Source: Eledone cirrhosa (taxonomy: Eukaryota). From it: DNA of 64,000 bases. The stretch is from contig OZ024742.1 of the NCBI GenBank assembly GCA_964016885.1, forward strand, positions 167,586,001 through 167,650,000, in the 5' to 3' direction. The stretch's first letter is position 1. The number at the start of each line of letters is the position of its first letter. A model generated the notes under the pieces. It saw only the letters and a list, made by a program, of their open reading frames with translations, did not search any database and was not told the DNA's origin. Both the position numbers and the translations under genes were made by a program. This document shows, one piece after another, positions 24,936 to 38,789 of this stretch.

Positions 24936-27900
24936 GGGGAGATAATTTGTAAAAAAAAATCAAGGGGAGATAATTTGTAAAAAAAATCAAGGGGAGATAA
25001 TTTCCAGCCGTCCAAGGGAAGATAATTTCCAGCACTCCAAGGGGCTATAATTTCCAGTGTCCAAGGGGAGATAATTTCCAGCCAGCGAAGGGGAGATAAT
25101 TTTTTTTAAAAAATCAGGGGGAGATATGTAAAAAAAATCAGAGGGAGATAATTTCTAAAAAAAATCAAAGGGAGATAATTTCCAGCCGTCCAAAGAGAGA
25201 TAATTTCTAGCCGTCCAAGGGGAGATAATTTCCAGCCAAGGGGAGATAATTTCCAGCCGTCCAAGGGGAGATAATTATTTAAAAAATCAGGTGGAGATAA
25301 TTTGTAAAAAAAATCAGGGGGAGATAATTTGTAAAAACAAAATCAAGGGCAGATAATTTCCAGCTGTCCAAGGGGAGATAATTTCCAGCCGTGCAAGGGG
25401 AGATAATTTCCAGCCGTCCAAGGGGAGATAATTTCCATCCTTCCAAGGGGAGATAATGTCCAGCCGTCCAAGGGGAGATAATTTCCCGCCAGCCAAGGGA
25501 AGATAATTTTTAAAAAAATCAGGCGGAGATTGTAAAAAAAATCAGGGGGAGATAATTTGTAAAAAAAAAATCAGGGGGAGATAATTTGTAAAAAAAATCA
25601 GGGGTAGATAATTTGTAAAAAAAAATCAGGGGGAGATAATTTGTAAAAAAAAATCAGGGGGAGATAATTTCTAAAAAAATCAAGGGGAGATAATATGCAG
25701 CCGTCCAAGGGGAGATAATTTTCAGCCGTCCAAGGAGAGGTAATTTCTAGCCGTCCAAGGGGAGATAATTTCCAGCCGTCCAAGGGGAGATAATTTCCAG
25801 CCGTCCAAGGGGAGATAGTTTTTTTAAAAAAATCAGGCGGAGATAATTTGTAAAAAAAAAATCAGGGGGAGATAATTTGTAAAAAAAAATCAGGGGGAGA
25901 TAATTTGTGAAAAAAAAATCAGGGGGAGATAATTTGTAAAAAAAATCAGGGGGAGATAATTAGTAAAAAAAATCAAGGGGAGATAATTTCCAGCCGTCCA
26001 AGGGGAGGTAATATCTAGCCGTCCAAGGGGAGATAATTTCCAGCCGTCCAAGGGGAGATAATTTCCAGCCGTCCAAGGGTAGATAATATCCAGCCGTCCA
26101 AGTAGACATATTTTCCAGCCGTCCAAGGAGAGGTAATTTCTAGCCGTCCAAGGGGAGATAAATTCCAGCCTCCAAGGGGAGATAATTTCCAGCCAGCCAA
26201 GGGGAGATAATTTGTAAAAAAATCAGGGGAGATAATTTGTAAAAAAAATCAGGGGGAGATAATTTGTAAAAAAAAATCAGGGGGAGATAATTTGTAAAAA
26301 AAAATCAGGGGGAGATAATTTGTAAAAAAAATCAGGGGGAGATAATTTGTAAAAAAAAATCAGGGGGAGATAATTTGTAAAAAAAAATCAGGGGGAGATA
26401 ATTTGTAAAAAAAAATCAGGGGGAGATAATTTGTAAAAAAAATCAAGGGGAGATAATATGCAGCCGTCCAAGGGGAGATAATTTTCAGCCGTCCAAGGAG
26501 AGGTAATTTCTAGCCGTCCAAGGGGAGATAATTTCCAGCCGTCCAAGGGGAGATAATTTCCAGCCGTCCAAGGGGAGATAGTTTTTTTAAAAAATCAGCC
26601 GGAGATAATTTGTAAAAAAAAAATCAGGGGGAGATAATTTGTAAAAAAAAATCAGGGGGAGATAATTTGTAAAAAAAAATCAGGGGGAGATAATTTGTAA
26701 AAAAAATCAAGGGGAGATAATTTCCAGCCGTCCAAGGGGAGATAATTTCCAGCCGTCCAAGGGGAGGTAATATCTAGCCGTCCAAGGGGAGATAATTTCC
26801 AGCCGTCCAAGAGGAGATAATTTCCAGCCGTCCAAGGGTAGATAATATCCAGCCGTCCAAGGAGACATATTTTCCAGCCGTCCAAGGAGAGGTAATTTCT
26901 AGCCGTCCAAGGGGAGATAAATTCCAGCCTCCAAGGGGAGATAATTTGTAAAAAAATCAGGGGGAGATAATTTGTAAAAAAAATCAGGGGGAGATAATTT
27001 GTAAAAAAAAATCAGGGGGAGATAATTTGTAAAAAAAATCAGGGGGAGATAATTTGTAAAAAAAAATCAAGGGGAGATAATTTCCAGCCGTCCAAGGGGA
27101 GATAATTTTCAGCCGCCCAAGGGGAGATAATTTCCCGCCAGCCAAGGGAAGATAATATTTAAAAAATCAGGCGGAGATAATTTGTAAAAAAAATCAGGGG
27201 GAGATAATTTGTAAAAAAATCAGGGGGAGATAATTTGTAAAAAAAAAATCAGGGGGAGATAATTTGTAAAAAAAATCAGGGGGAGATGATTTGTAAAAAA
27301 AATCAGGGGTAGATAATTTGTAAAAAGAAATCAGGGGGAGATAATTTGTAAAAAAAAATCAGGGGGAGATAATTTGTAAAAAAAATCAAGAGGAGATAAT
27401 TTCCAGCCGTCGAAGGGAAGATAGTTTCCAGCCCTCCAAGGGGCTATAATTTCCAGCGTCCAAGGGGAGATAATTTCCAGCCAGCGAAGGGGAGATAATT
27501 TTTTAAAAAAATCATTGGGAGATTTGTAAAAAAAATCAGGGGGAGATAATTGGTAAAAAAAATCAAGGGGAGATAATTTCCAGCCGTCCAAGGGGAGGTA
27601 ATATCTAGCCGTCCAAGGGGAGATAATTTCCAGCCGTCCAAGGGGAGATAATTTCCAGCCGTCCAAGGGTAGATAATATCCAGCCGTCCAAGTAGACATT
27701 TTCCAGCCGTCCAAGGAGAGGTAATTTCTAGCCGTCCAAGGGGAGATAAATTCCAGCCTCCAAGGGGAGATAATTTCCAGCCAGCCAAGGGGAGATAATT
27801 TGTAAAAAAATCAGGGGGAGATAATTTGTAAAAAAAATCAGGGGGAGATAATTTGTAAAAAAAATCAAGGGGAGATAATTTCCAGCCGTCCAAGGGGAGA

Positions 27901-30900
27901 TAATTTTCAGCCGTCCAAGGGGAGATAATTTCCCGCCAGCCAAGGGAAGATAATATTTAAAAAAATCAGGCGGAGATAATTTGTAAAAAAAATCAGGGGG
28001 AGATAATTTGTAAAAAAATCAGGGGGAGTTAATTTGTAAAAAAAAAATCAGGGGGAGATAATTTGTAAAAAAAATCAGGGGGAGATAATTTGTAAAAAAA
28101 AATCAGGGGGAGATAATTTGTAAAAAAAAATCAGGGGGAGATAATTTGTAAAAAAAATCAAGGGGAGATAATTTCCAGCCGTCCAAGGAGAGATAATTTA
28201 AAAAAAAAATCAGGCGGAGATAATTTGTAAAAAAAAATCAAGGGGAGATAATTTGTAAAAAAAAATCAGGGGGAGATAATTTGTAAAAAAAATCAAGGGG
28301 AGATAATTTCCAGCCGTCCAAGGGAAGATAATTTCCAGCACTCCAAGGGGCTATAATTTCCAGTGTCCAAGGGGAGATAATTTCCAGCCAGCGAAGGGGA
28401 GATAATTTTTTTTAAAAAATCAGGGGGAGATATGTAAAAAAAATCAGAGGGAGATAATTTCTAAAAAAAATCAAAGGGAGATAATTTCCAGCCGTCCAAA
28501 GAGAGATAATTTCTAGCCGTCCAAGGGGAGATAATTTCCAGCCAAGGGGAGATAATATCCAGCCGTCCAAGGGGAGATAATTTTTTAAAAAATCAGGTGG
28601 AGATAATTTGTAAAAAAAATCAGGGGGAGATAATTTGTAAAAACAAAATCAAGGGCAGATAATTTCCAGCTGTCCAAGGGGAGATAATTTCCAGCCGTGC
28701 AAGGGGAGATAATTTCCAGCCGTCCAAGGGGAGATAATTTCCATCCTTCCAAGGGGAGATAATCTCCAGCCGTCCAAGGGGAGATAATTTCCCGCCAGCC
28801 AAGGGAAGATAATTTTTAAAAAAATCAGGCGGAGATAATTTGTAAAAAAAATCAAGGGGAGATAATTTGTAAAAAAAAATCAGGGGGAGATAATTTGTAA
28901 AAAAAATCAAGGGGAGATAATTTCCAGCCGTCCAAGGGAAGATAATTTCCAGCACTCCAAGGGGCTATAATTTCCAGTGTCCAAGGGGAGATAATTTCCA
29001 GCCAGCGAAGGGGAGATAATTTTTTTAAAAAAATCAGGGGGAGATATGTAAAAAAAATCAGAGGGAGATAATTTCCAGCCGTCCAAAGAGAGATAATTTC
29101 TAGCCGTCCAAGGGGAGAAAATTTCCAGCCAAGGGGAGATAATTTCCAGCCGTCCAAGGGGAGATAATTTTTTAAAAAATCAGGGGGAGATAATTTGTAA
29201 AAACAAAATCAAGGGCAGATAATTTCCAGCTGTCCAAGGGGAGATAGTTTCCAGCCGTGCAAGGGGAGATAATTTCCAGCCGTCCAAGGGGAGATAATTT
29301 CCATACTTCCAAGGGGAGATAATTTCCAGCCGTCCAAGGGGAGATAATTTCCCGCCAGCCAAGGGAAGATAATTTGTAAAAAAATCAGGGGGAGATAATT
29401 TGTAAAAAAAAAATCAGGGGGAGATAATTTGTAAAAAAAAATCAGGGGGAGATAATTTGTAAAAAAAAAATCAGGGGTAGATAATTTGTAAAAAAAATCA
29501 GGGCTAGATAATTTGTAAAAAAAAATCAGGGGGAGATAATTTGTAAAAAAAAATCAGGGGGAGATAATATGCAGCCGTCCAAGGGGAGATAATTTTCAGC
29601 CGTCCAAGGAGAGGTAATTTCTAGCCGTCCAAGGGGAGATAATTTCCAGCCGTCCAAGGGGAGATAATTTCCAGCCGTCCAAGGGGAGATAGTTTTTTTA
29701 AAAAATCAGCCGGAGATAATTTGTAAAAAAAAAATCAGGGGGAGATAATTTGTTAAAAAAAATCAGGGGGAGATAATTTGTAAAAAAAAATCAGGGGGAG
29801 ATAATTTGTAAAAAAAATCAAGGGGAGATAATTTCCAGCCGTCCAAGGGAAGATAATTTCCAGCCCTCGAAGGGGCTATAATTTCCAGCGTCCAAGGGGA
29901 GATAATTTCCAGCCAGCGAAGGGGAGATAATTTTTTAAAAAAAATCATTGGGAGATTTGTAAAAAAAATCAGGGGGAGATAATTAGTAAAAAAAATCAAG
30001 GGGAGATAATTTCCAGCCGTCCAAGGGGAGGTAATATCTAGCCGTCCAAGGGGAGATAATTTCCAGCCGTCCAAGGGGAGATAATTTCCAGCCGTCCAAG
30101 GGTAGATAATATCCAGCCGTCCAAGTAGACATTTTCCAGCCGTCCAAGGAGAGGTAATTTCTAGCCGTCCAAGGGGAGATAAATTCCAGCCTCCAAAGGG
30201 AGATAATTTCCAGCCAGCCAAGGGGAGATAATTTGTAAAAAAATCAGGGGGAGATAATTTGTAAAAAAAATCAGGGGGAGATAATTTGTAAACAAAAATC
30301 AGGGGGAGATAATTTGTAAAAAAAATCAGGGGGAGATAATTTGTAAAAAAAATCAGGGGGAGATAATTTGTAAAAAAAAATCAAGGGGAGATAATTTCCA
30401 GCCGTCCAAGGGGAGATAATTTTCAGCCGTCCAAGGGGAGATAATTTCCAGCCGTCCAAGGGGAGATAATTTCCATCCTTCCAAGGGGAGATAATTTCCA
30501 GCCGTCCAAGGGGAGATAATTTTCAGCCGTCCAAGGGGAGATAATTTCCCGCCAGCCAAGGGAAGATAATATTTTAAAAAATCAGGCGGAGATAATTTGT
30601 AAAAAAAATCAGGGGGAGATAATTTGTAAAAAAATTAGGGGGAGATAATTTGTAAAAAAAAAATCAGGGGGAGATAATTTGTAAAAAAAATCAGGGGGAG
30701 ATAATTTGTAAAAAAAAATCAGGGGTAGATAATTTGTAAAAAAAAATCAGGGGGAGATAATTTGTAAAAAAAAAATCAGGGGGAGATAATTTGTAAAAAA
30801 AATCAAGGGGAGATAATTTCCAGCCGTCCAAGGAGAGATAATTTTTTAAAAAAATCAGGCGGAGATAATTTGTAAAAAAAAATCAAGGGGAGATAATTTG

Positions 30901-33900
30901 TAAAAAAAAATCAAGGGGAGATAATTTGTAAAAAAAATCAAGGGGAGATAATTTCCAGCCGTCCAAGGGAAGATAATTTCCAGCACTCCAAGGGGCTATA
31001 ATTTCCAGTGTCCAAGGGGAGATAATTTCCAGCCAGCGAAGGGGAGATAATTTTTTTAAAAAAATCAGGGGGAGATATGTAAAAAAAATCAGAGGGAGAT
31101 AATTTCTAAAAAAAATCAAAGGGAGATAATTTCCAGCCGTCCAAAGAGAGATAATTTCTAGCCGTCCAAGGGGAGATAATTTCCAGCCAAGGGGAGATAA
31201 TTTCCAGCCGTCCAAGGGGAGATAATTATTTAAAAAATCAGGTGGAGATAATTTGTAAAAAAAATCAGGGGGAGATAATTTGTAAAAACAAAATCAAGGG
31301 CAGATAATTTCCAGCTGTCCAAGGGGAGATAATTTCCAGCCGTGCAAGGGGAGATAATTTCCAGCCGTCCAAGGGGAGATAATTTCCATCCTTCCAAGGG
31401 GAGATAATGTCCAGCCGTCCAAGGGGAGATAATTTCCCGCCAGCCAAGGGAAGATAATTTTTAAAAAAATCAGGCGGAGATTGTAAAAAAAATCAGGGGG
31501 AGATAATTTGTAAAAAAAAAATCAGGGGGAGATAATTTGTAAAAAAAATCAGGGGTAGATAATTTGTAAAAAAAAATCAGGGGGAGATAATTTGTAAAAA
31601 AAAATCAGGGGGAGATAATTTCTAAAAAAATCAAGGGGAGATAATATGCAGCCGTCCAAGGGGAGATAATTTTCAGCCGTCCAAGGAGAGGTAATTTCTA
31701 GCCGTCCAAGGGGAGATAATTTCCAGCCGTCCAAGGGGAGATAATTTCCAGCCGTCCAAGGGGAGATAGTTTTTTTAAAAAAATCATGCGGAGATAATTT
31801 GTAAAAAAAAAAATCAGGGGGAGATAATTTGTAAAAAAAATCAGGGGGAGATAATTTGTGAAAAAAAAATCAGGGGGAGATAATTTGTAAAAAAAATCAG
31901 GGGGAGATAATTAGTAAAAAAAATCAAGGGGAGATAATTTCCAGCCGTCCAAGGGGAGGTAATATCTAGCCGTCCAAGGGGAGATAATTTCCAGCCGTCC
32001 AAGGGGAGATAATTTCCAGCCGTCCAAGGGTAGATAATATCCAGCCGTCCAAGTAGACATATTTTCCAGCCGTCCAAGGAGAGGTAATTTCTAGCCGTCC
32101 AAGGGGAGATAAATTCCAGCCTCCAAGGGGAGATAATTTCCAGCCAGCCAAGGGGAGATAATTTGTAAAAAAATCAGGGGAGATAATTTGTAAAAAAAAT
32201 CAGGGGGAGATAATTTGTAAAAAAAAATCAGGGGGAGATAATTTGTAAAAAAAAATCAGGGGGAGATAATTTGTAAAAAAAATCAGGGGGAGATAATTTG
32301 TAAAAAAAAATCAGGGGGAGATAATTTGTAAAAAAAAATCAGGTGGAGATAATTTGTAAAAAAAAATCAGGGGGAGATAATTTGTAAAAAAAATCAAGGG
32401 GAGATAATTTCCAGCCGTCCAAGGGGAGATAATTTCCAGCCGTCCAAGGGGAGGTAATATCTAGCCGTCCAAGGGGAGATAATTTCCAGCCGTCCAAGAG
32501 GAGATAATTTCCAGCCGTCCAAGGGTAGATAATATCCAGCCGTCCAAGGAGACATATTTTCCAGCCGTCCAAGGAGAGGTAATTTCTAGCCGTCCAAGGG
32601 GAGATAAATTCCAGCCTCCAAGGGGAGATAATTTGTAAAAAATCAGGGGGAGATAATTTGTAAAAAAAATCAGGGGGAGATAATTTGTAAAAAAAAATCA
32701 GGGGGAGATAATTTGTAAAAAAAATCAGGGGGAGATAATTTGTAAAAAAAAATCAAGGGGAGATAATTTCCAGCCGTCCAAGGGGAGATAATTTTCAGCC
32801 GCCCAAGGGGAGATAATTTCCCGCCAGCCAAGGGAAGATAATATTTAAAAAATCAGGCGGAGATAATTTGTAAAAAAAATCAGGGGGAGATAATTTGTAA
32901 AAAAATCAGGGGGGGATAATTTGTAAAAAAAAAATCAGGGGGAGATAATTTGTAAAAAAAATCAGGGGGAGATGATTTGTAAAAAAAATCAGGGGTAGAT
33001 AATTTGTAAAAAAAATCAGGGGGAGATAATTTGTAAAAAAAAATCAGGGGGAGATAATTTGTAAAAAAAATCAAGAGGAGATAATTTCCAGCCGTCGAAG
33101 GGAAGATAGTTTCCAGCCCTCCAAGGGGCTATAATTTCCAGCGTCCAAGGGGAGATAATTTCCAGCCAGCGAAGGGGAGATAATTTTTTTAAAAAAATCA
33201 TTGGGAGATTTGTAAAAAAAATCAGGGGGAGATAATTGGTAAAAAAAATCAAGGGGAGATAATTTCCAGCCGTCCAAGGGGAGGTAATATCTAGCCGTCC
33301 AAGGGGAGATAATTTCCAGCCGTCCAAGGGGAGATAATTTCCAGCCGTCCAAGGGTAGATAATATCCAGCCGTCCAAGTAGACATTTTCCAGCCGTCCAA
33401 GGAGAGGTAATTTCTAGCCGTCCAAGGGGAGATAAATTCCAGCCTCCAAGGGGAGATAATTTCCAGCCAGCCAAGGGGAGATAATTTGTAAAAAAATCAG
33501 GGGGAGATAATTTGTAAAAAAAATCAGGGGGAGATATTTTGTAAAAAAAAATCAGGGGGAGATAATTTGTAAAAAAAAATCAGGGGGAGATAATTTGTAA
33601 AAAAAAATCAGGGAGAGATAATTTGTAAAAAAAATCAAGGGGAGATAATTTCCAGCCGTCCAAGGGGAGATAATTTTCAGCCGTCCAAGGGGAGATAATT
33701 TCCCGCCAGCCAAGGGAAGATAATATTTAAAAAAATCAGGCGGAGATAATTTGTAAAAAAAATCAGGGGGAGATAATTTGTAAAAAAATCAGGGGGAGAT
33801 AATTTGTAAAAAAAAAATCAGGGGGAGATAATTTGTAAAAAAAATCAGGGGGAGATAATTTGTAAAAAAAAATCAGGGGTAGATAATTTGTAAAAAAAAA

Positions 33901-36318
33901 TCAGGGGGAGATAATTTGTAAAAAAAAATCAGGGGGAGATAATTTGTAAAAAAAATCAAGGGGAGATAATTTCCAGCCGTCCAAGGAGAGATAATTTAAA
34001 AAAAAAATCAGGCGGAGATAATTTGTAAAAAAAAATCAAGGGGAGATAATTTGTAAAAAAAAATCAGGGGGAGATAATTTGTAAAAAAAATCAAGGGGAG
34101 ATAATTTCCAGCCGTCCAAGGGAAGATAATTTCCAGCACTCCAAGGGGCTATAATTTCCAGTGTCCAAGGGGAGATAATTTCCAGCCAGCGAAGGGGAGA
34201 TAATTTTTTTAAAAAAATCAGGGGGAGATATGTAAAAAAAATCAGAGGGAGATAATTTCTAAAAAAAATCAAAGGGAGATAATTTCCAGCCGTCCAAAGA
34301 GAGATAATTTCTAGCCGTCCAAGGGGAGATAATTTCCAGCCAAGGGGAGATAATATCCAGCCGTCCAAGGGGAGATAATTTTTTAAAAAATCAGGTGGAG
34401 ATAATTTGTAAAAAAAATCAGGGGGAGATAATTTGTAAAAACAAAATCAAGGGCAGATAATTTCCAGCTGTCCAAGGGGAGATAATTTCCAGCCGTGCAA
34501 GGGGAGATAATTTCCAGCCGTCCAAGGGGAGATAATTTCCATCCTTCCAAGGGGAGATAATCTCCAGCCGTCCAAGAGGAGATAATTTCCCGCCAGCCAA
34601 GGGAAGATAATTTTTAAAAAAATCAGGCGGAGATTGTAAAAAAAATCAGGGGGAGATAATTTGTAAAAAAATCAGGGGGAGATAATTTGTTAAAAAAAAA
34701 TCAGGGGAGATAATTTGTAAAAAAAAATCAGGGGGAGATAATTTGTAAAAAAAAATCAGGGGGAGATAATTTGTAAAAAAAATCAGGGGTAGATAATTTG
34801 TAAAAAAAAATCAGGGGGAGATAATTTGTAAAAAAAAATCAGGGGGAGATAATTTGTAAAAAAATCAAGGGTAGATAATATGCAGCCGTCCAAGGGGAGA
34901 TAATTTTCAGCCGTCCAAGGAGAGGTAATTTCTAGCCGTCCAAGGGGAGATAATTTCCAGCCGTCCAAGGGGAGATAATTTCCAGCCGTCCAAGGGGAGA
35001 TAGTTTTTTTTAAAAAATCAGGGGGAGATTTGTAAAAAAAATCAGGGGGAGATAATTTGTAAAAAAAATCAAAGGGAGATAATTTCCAGCCGTCCAAAGA
35101 GAGATAATTTCTAGCCGTCCAAGGGGAGATAATTTCGAGCCAAGGGGAGATAATTTCCAGCCGTCCAAGGGGAGATAATTTTTTAAAAAATCAGGTGGAG
35201 ATAATTTGTAAAAAAAATCAGGGGGAGATAATTTGTAAAAACAAAATCAAGGGCAGATAATTTCCAGCTGTCCAAGGGGAGATAATTTCCAGCCGTGCAA
35301 GGGGAGATAATTTCCAGCCGTCCAAGGGGAGATAATTTCCCGCCAGCGAAGAGAAGATAATTTTTTAAAAAATCAGGCGGAGATTGTAAAAAAAATCAGG
35401 GGGAGATAATTTGTAAAAAAATCAGGGGGAGATAATTTGTAAAAAAATCAAGGGGAGATAATTTCCAGCTGTCCAAGGGGAGGTAATATCTAGCCGTCCA
35501 AGGGGAGATAATTTCCAGCCGTCCAAGGGGAGATAATTTCCAGCCGTCCAAGTGTAGATAATATCCAGCCGTCCAAGGAGACATATTTTCCAGTCCTCCA
35601 AGGAGAGGTAATTTCTAGCCGTCCAAGTGGAGATAAATTCCAGCCTCCAAGGGGAGATAATTTCCAGCCAGCCAAGGGGAAATAATTTGTAAAAAAATCA
35701 GGGGGAGATAATTTGTAAAAAAAATCAGGGGGAGATAATTTGTACAAAAAATCAGGGGTAGATAATTTGTAAAAAAAAATCAGGGGGAGATAATTTGTAA
35801 AAAGAATCAAGGGGAGATAATTTGCAGCCGTCCAAGGGGAGATAATTTCCCGCCAGCCAAGGGAAGATAATATTTAAAAAAATCAGGCGGAGATAATTTG
35901 TAAAAAAAATCAGGGGGAGATAATTTGTAAAAAAATCAGGGGGAGATAATTTGTAAAAAAAAAATCAGGGGGAGATTTGTAAAAAAAATCAGGGGGAGAT
36001 AATTTGTAAAAAAAATCAGGGGTAGATAATTTGTAAAAAAAAATCAGGGGTAGATAATTTGTAAAAAAAAATCAGGGGGAGATAATTTGTAAAAAAAAAT
36101 CAATTGGAGATAATTTCCAGCCGTCCAAGGGGAGATAATTTTCAGCCGTCCAAGGAGAGGTAATTTCTAGACGTCCAAGGGGAGATAATTTCCAGCCGTC
36201 CAATGGGAGATAATTTCCAGCCGTCCAAGGGGAGATAATTTTTAAAAAAAAATCAGGCGGAGATAATTTGTAAAAAAAATCTAGGGGAGATAATTTGCAG
36301 CCGTCCAAGGGGAGATAA
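24910..36318 (+). repeat. Direct copy of ~1430-12835 (offset 23,480-23,482 bp)
   Basis: ORFs 1833->25314, 3850->27331, 8858->32339, 10556->34036 and 11916->35396 match. Shared variants include GGAGTTAAT, AAAAAGAAATC, TTTCGAGCC and TCTAGGGG. Confidence 0.93.
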
Positions 36319-38789
36319 TTTCCAGCCGTCCAAGGGGAGATAATTTCCATCCTTCCAAGGGGAGATAATTTCCAGCCGTCCAAGGGGAGATAATTTCCCG
36401 CCAGCCAAGGGAAGATAATTTTTAAAAAAATCAGGCGGAGATTGTAAAAAAAATCAGTGGGAGATAATTTGTAAAAAAATCAGGGGGAGATAATTTGTAA
36501 AAAAAAAATCAGGGGGAGACAATTTGTAAAAAAAATCAGGGGGAAATAATTTGTAAAAAAAATCAAGGGGAGATAATTTGTACAAAAAATCAGGGGTATA
36601 TAATTTGTAAAAAAAATCAGGGGGAGATAATTTGTAAAAAAAAATCAGGGGGAGATAATTTGTAAAAAAAATCAAGGGGAGATAATTTGCAGCCGTCCAA
36701 GGGGAGATAATTTTCAGCCGTCCAAGGAGAGGTAATTTCTAGCCGTCCAAGGTGAGATAATATCCAGCCGTCCAAGGGGAGATAATTTTTAAAAAAAAAC
36801 AGGCGAAGATAATTTGTAAAAAAAAAATCAGGGGGAGATAATTTGTAAAAAAAAATCAGGGGGAGATAATTTGTAAAAAAAAATCAGGGGGAGGTAATTT
36901 GTAAAAAAAATCAAGGGGAGATAATTTCCAGCCGTCCAAGGGAAGATAATTTCCAGCCCTCCAAGGGGCTATAATTTCCAGCGTCCAAGGGGAGATAATT
37001 TCCAGCCAGCGAAGGGGAGATAATTTTTTTTTTTTTAAATCAGGGGAACATAATTTGTAAAAAAAATCAGGGGGAGATAATTTGTAAAAAAAATCAAGGG
37101 GAGATAATTTGTAAAAAAAAAATCAGGGGGAGATAATTTGTAAAAAAAATCAGGGGGAGATAATTTGTAAAAAAAATCAAGGGGAGATAATTTGTAAAAA
37201 AAAATCAAGGGGAGATAATTTCCAGCCGTCCAAGGGGAGATAATTTTCAGCCGTCCAAGGGGAGATAATTTCCCGCCAGCCAAGGAAAGATAATATTTAA
37301 AAAAATCAGGCGGAGATAATTTGTAAAAAAAATCAGGGGGAGATAATTTGTAAAAAAATCAGGGGGAGATAATTTGTAAAAAAAAAATCAGGGGTAGATA
37401 ATTTGTAAAAAAAAATCAGGGGGAGATAATTTGTAGCCGTCCAAGGGGAGATAATTTTCAGCCGTCCAAGGAGAGGTAATTTCTAGACGTCCAAGGGGAG
37501 ATAATTTCCAGCCGTCCAAGGGGAGATAATTTCCAGCCGTCCAAGGGTAGATAATATCCAGCCGTCCAAGGAGACATATTTTCCAGCTTTCCAAGGAGAG
37601 GTAATTTCTATCCGTCCAAGGGGAGATAAATTCCAGCCTCCAAGGGGAGATAATTTCCAGCCAGCCAAGGGAAGGAAATATTTAAAAAAATCAGGCGGAG
37701 ATAATTTGTAAAAAAAATCAGGGGGAGATAATTTGTAAAAAAATCAGGGGGAGATAATTTGTAAAAAAAAAATCAGGGGGAGATAATTTGTAAAAAAAAA
37801 TCAGGGGTAGATGATTTGTAAAAAAAAATCAGGGGGAGATAATTTGTAAAAAAAAATCAGGGGGAGATAATTTGTAAAAAAAATCAAAGGGAGATAATTT
37901 CCAGCCGTCCAAGGAGAGATAATTTTAAAAAAAAATCAGGCGGAGATAATTTGTAAAAAAAATCAAGGGGAGATAATTTGTAAAAAAAAATCAGGGGGAG
38001 ATAATTTGTAAAAAAAATCAAGGGGAGATAATTTCCAGCCGTCCAAGGGAAGATAATTTCCAGCACTCCAAGGGGCTATAATTTCCAGTGTCCAAGGGGA
38101 GATAATTTCCAGCCAGCGAAGGGGAGATAATTTTTTTAAAAAAATCAGGGGGAGATATGTAAAAAAAATCAGAGGGAGATAATTTCCAGCCGTCCAAAGA
38201 GAGATAATTTCTAGCCGTCCAAGGGGAGAAAATTTCCAGCCAAGGGGAGATAATTTCCAGCCGTCCAAGGGGAGATAATTTTTTAAAAAATCAGGGGGAG
38301 ATAATTTGTAAAAACAAAATCAAGGGCAGATAATTTCCAGCTGTCCAAGGGGAGATAGTTTCCAGCCGTGCAAGTGGAGATAATTTCCAGCCGTCCAAGG
38401 GGAGATAATTTCCATACTTCCAAGGGGAGATAATTTCCAGCCGTCCAAGGGGAGATAATTTCCCGCCAGCCAAGGGAAGATAATTTGTAAAAAAATCAGG
38501 GGGAGATAATTTGTAAAAAAAAAATCAGGGGGAGATAATTTGTAAAAAAAAAATCAGGGGTAGATAATTTGTAAAAAAAATCAGGGCTAGATAATTTGTA
38601 AAAAAAAATCAGGGGGAGATAATTTGTAAAAAAAAATCAGGGGGAGATAATTTGTAAAAAAATCAAGGGGAGATAATATGCAGCCGTCCAAGGGGAGATA
38701 ATTTTCAGCCGTCCAAGGAGAGGTAATTTCTAGCCGTCCAAGGGGAGATAATTTCCAGCCGTCCAAGGGGAGATAATTTCCAGCCGTCC

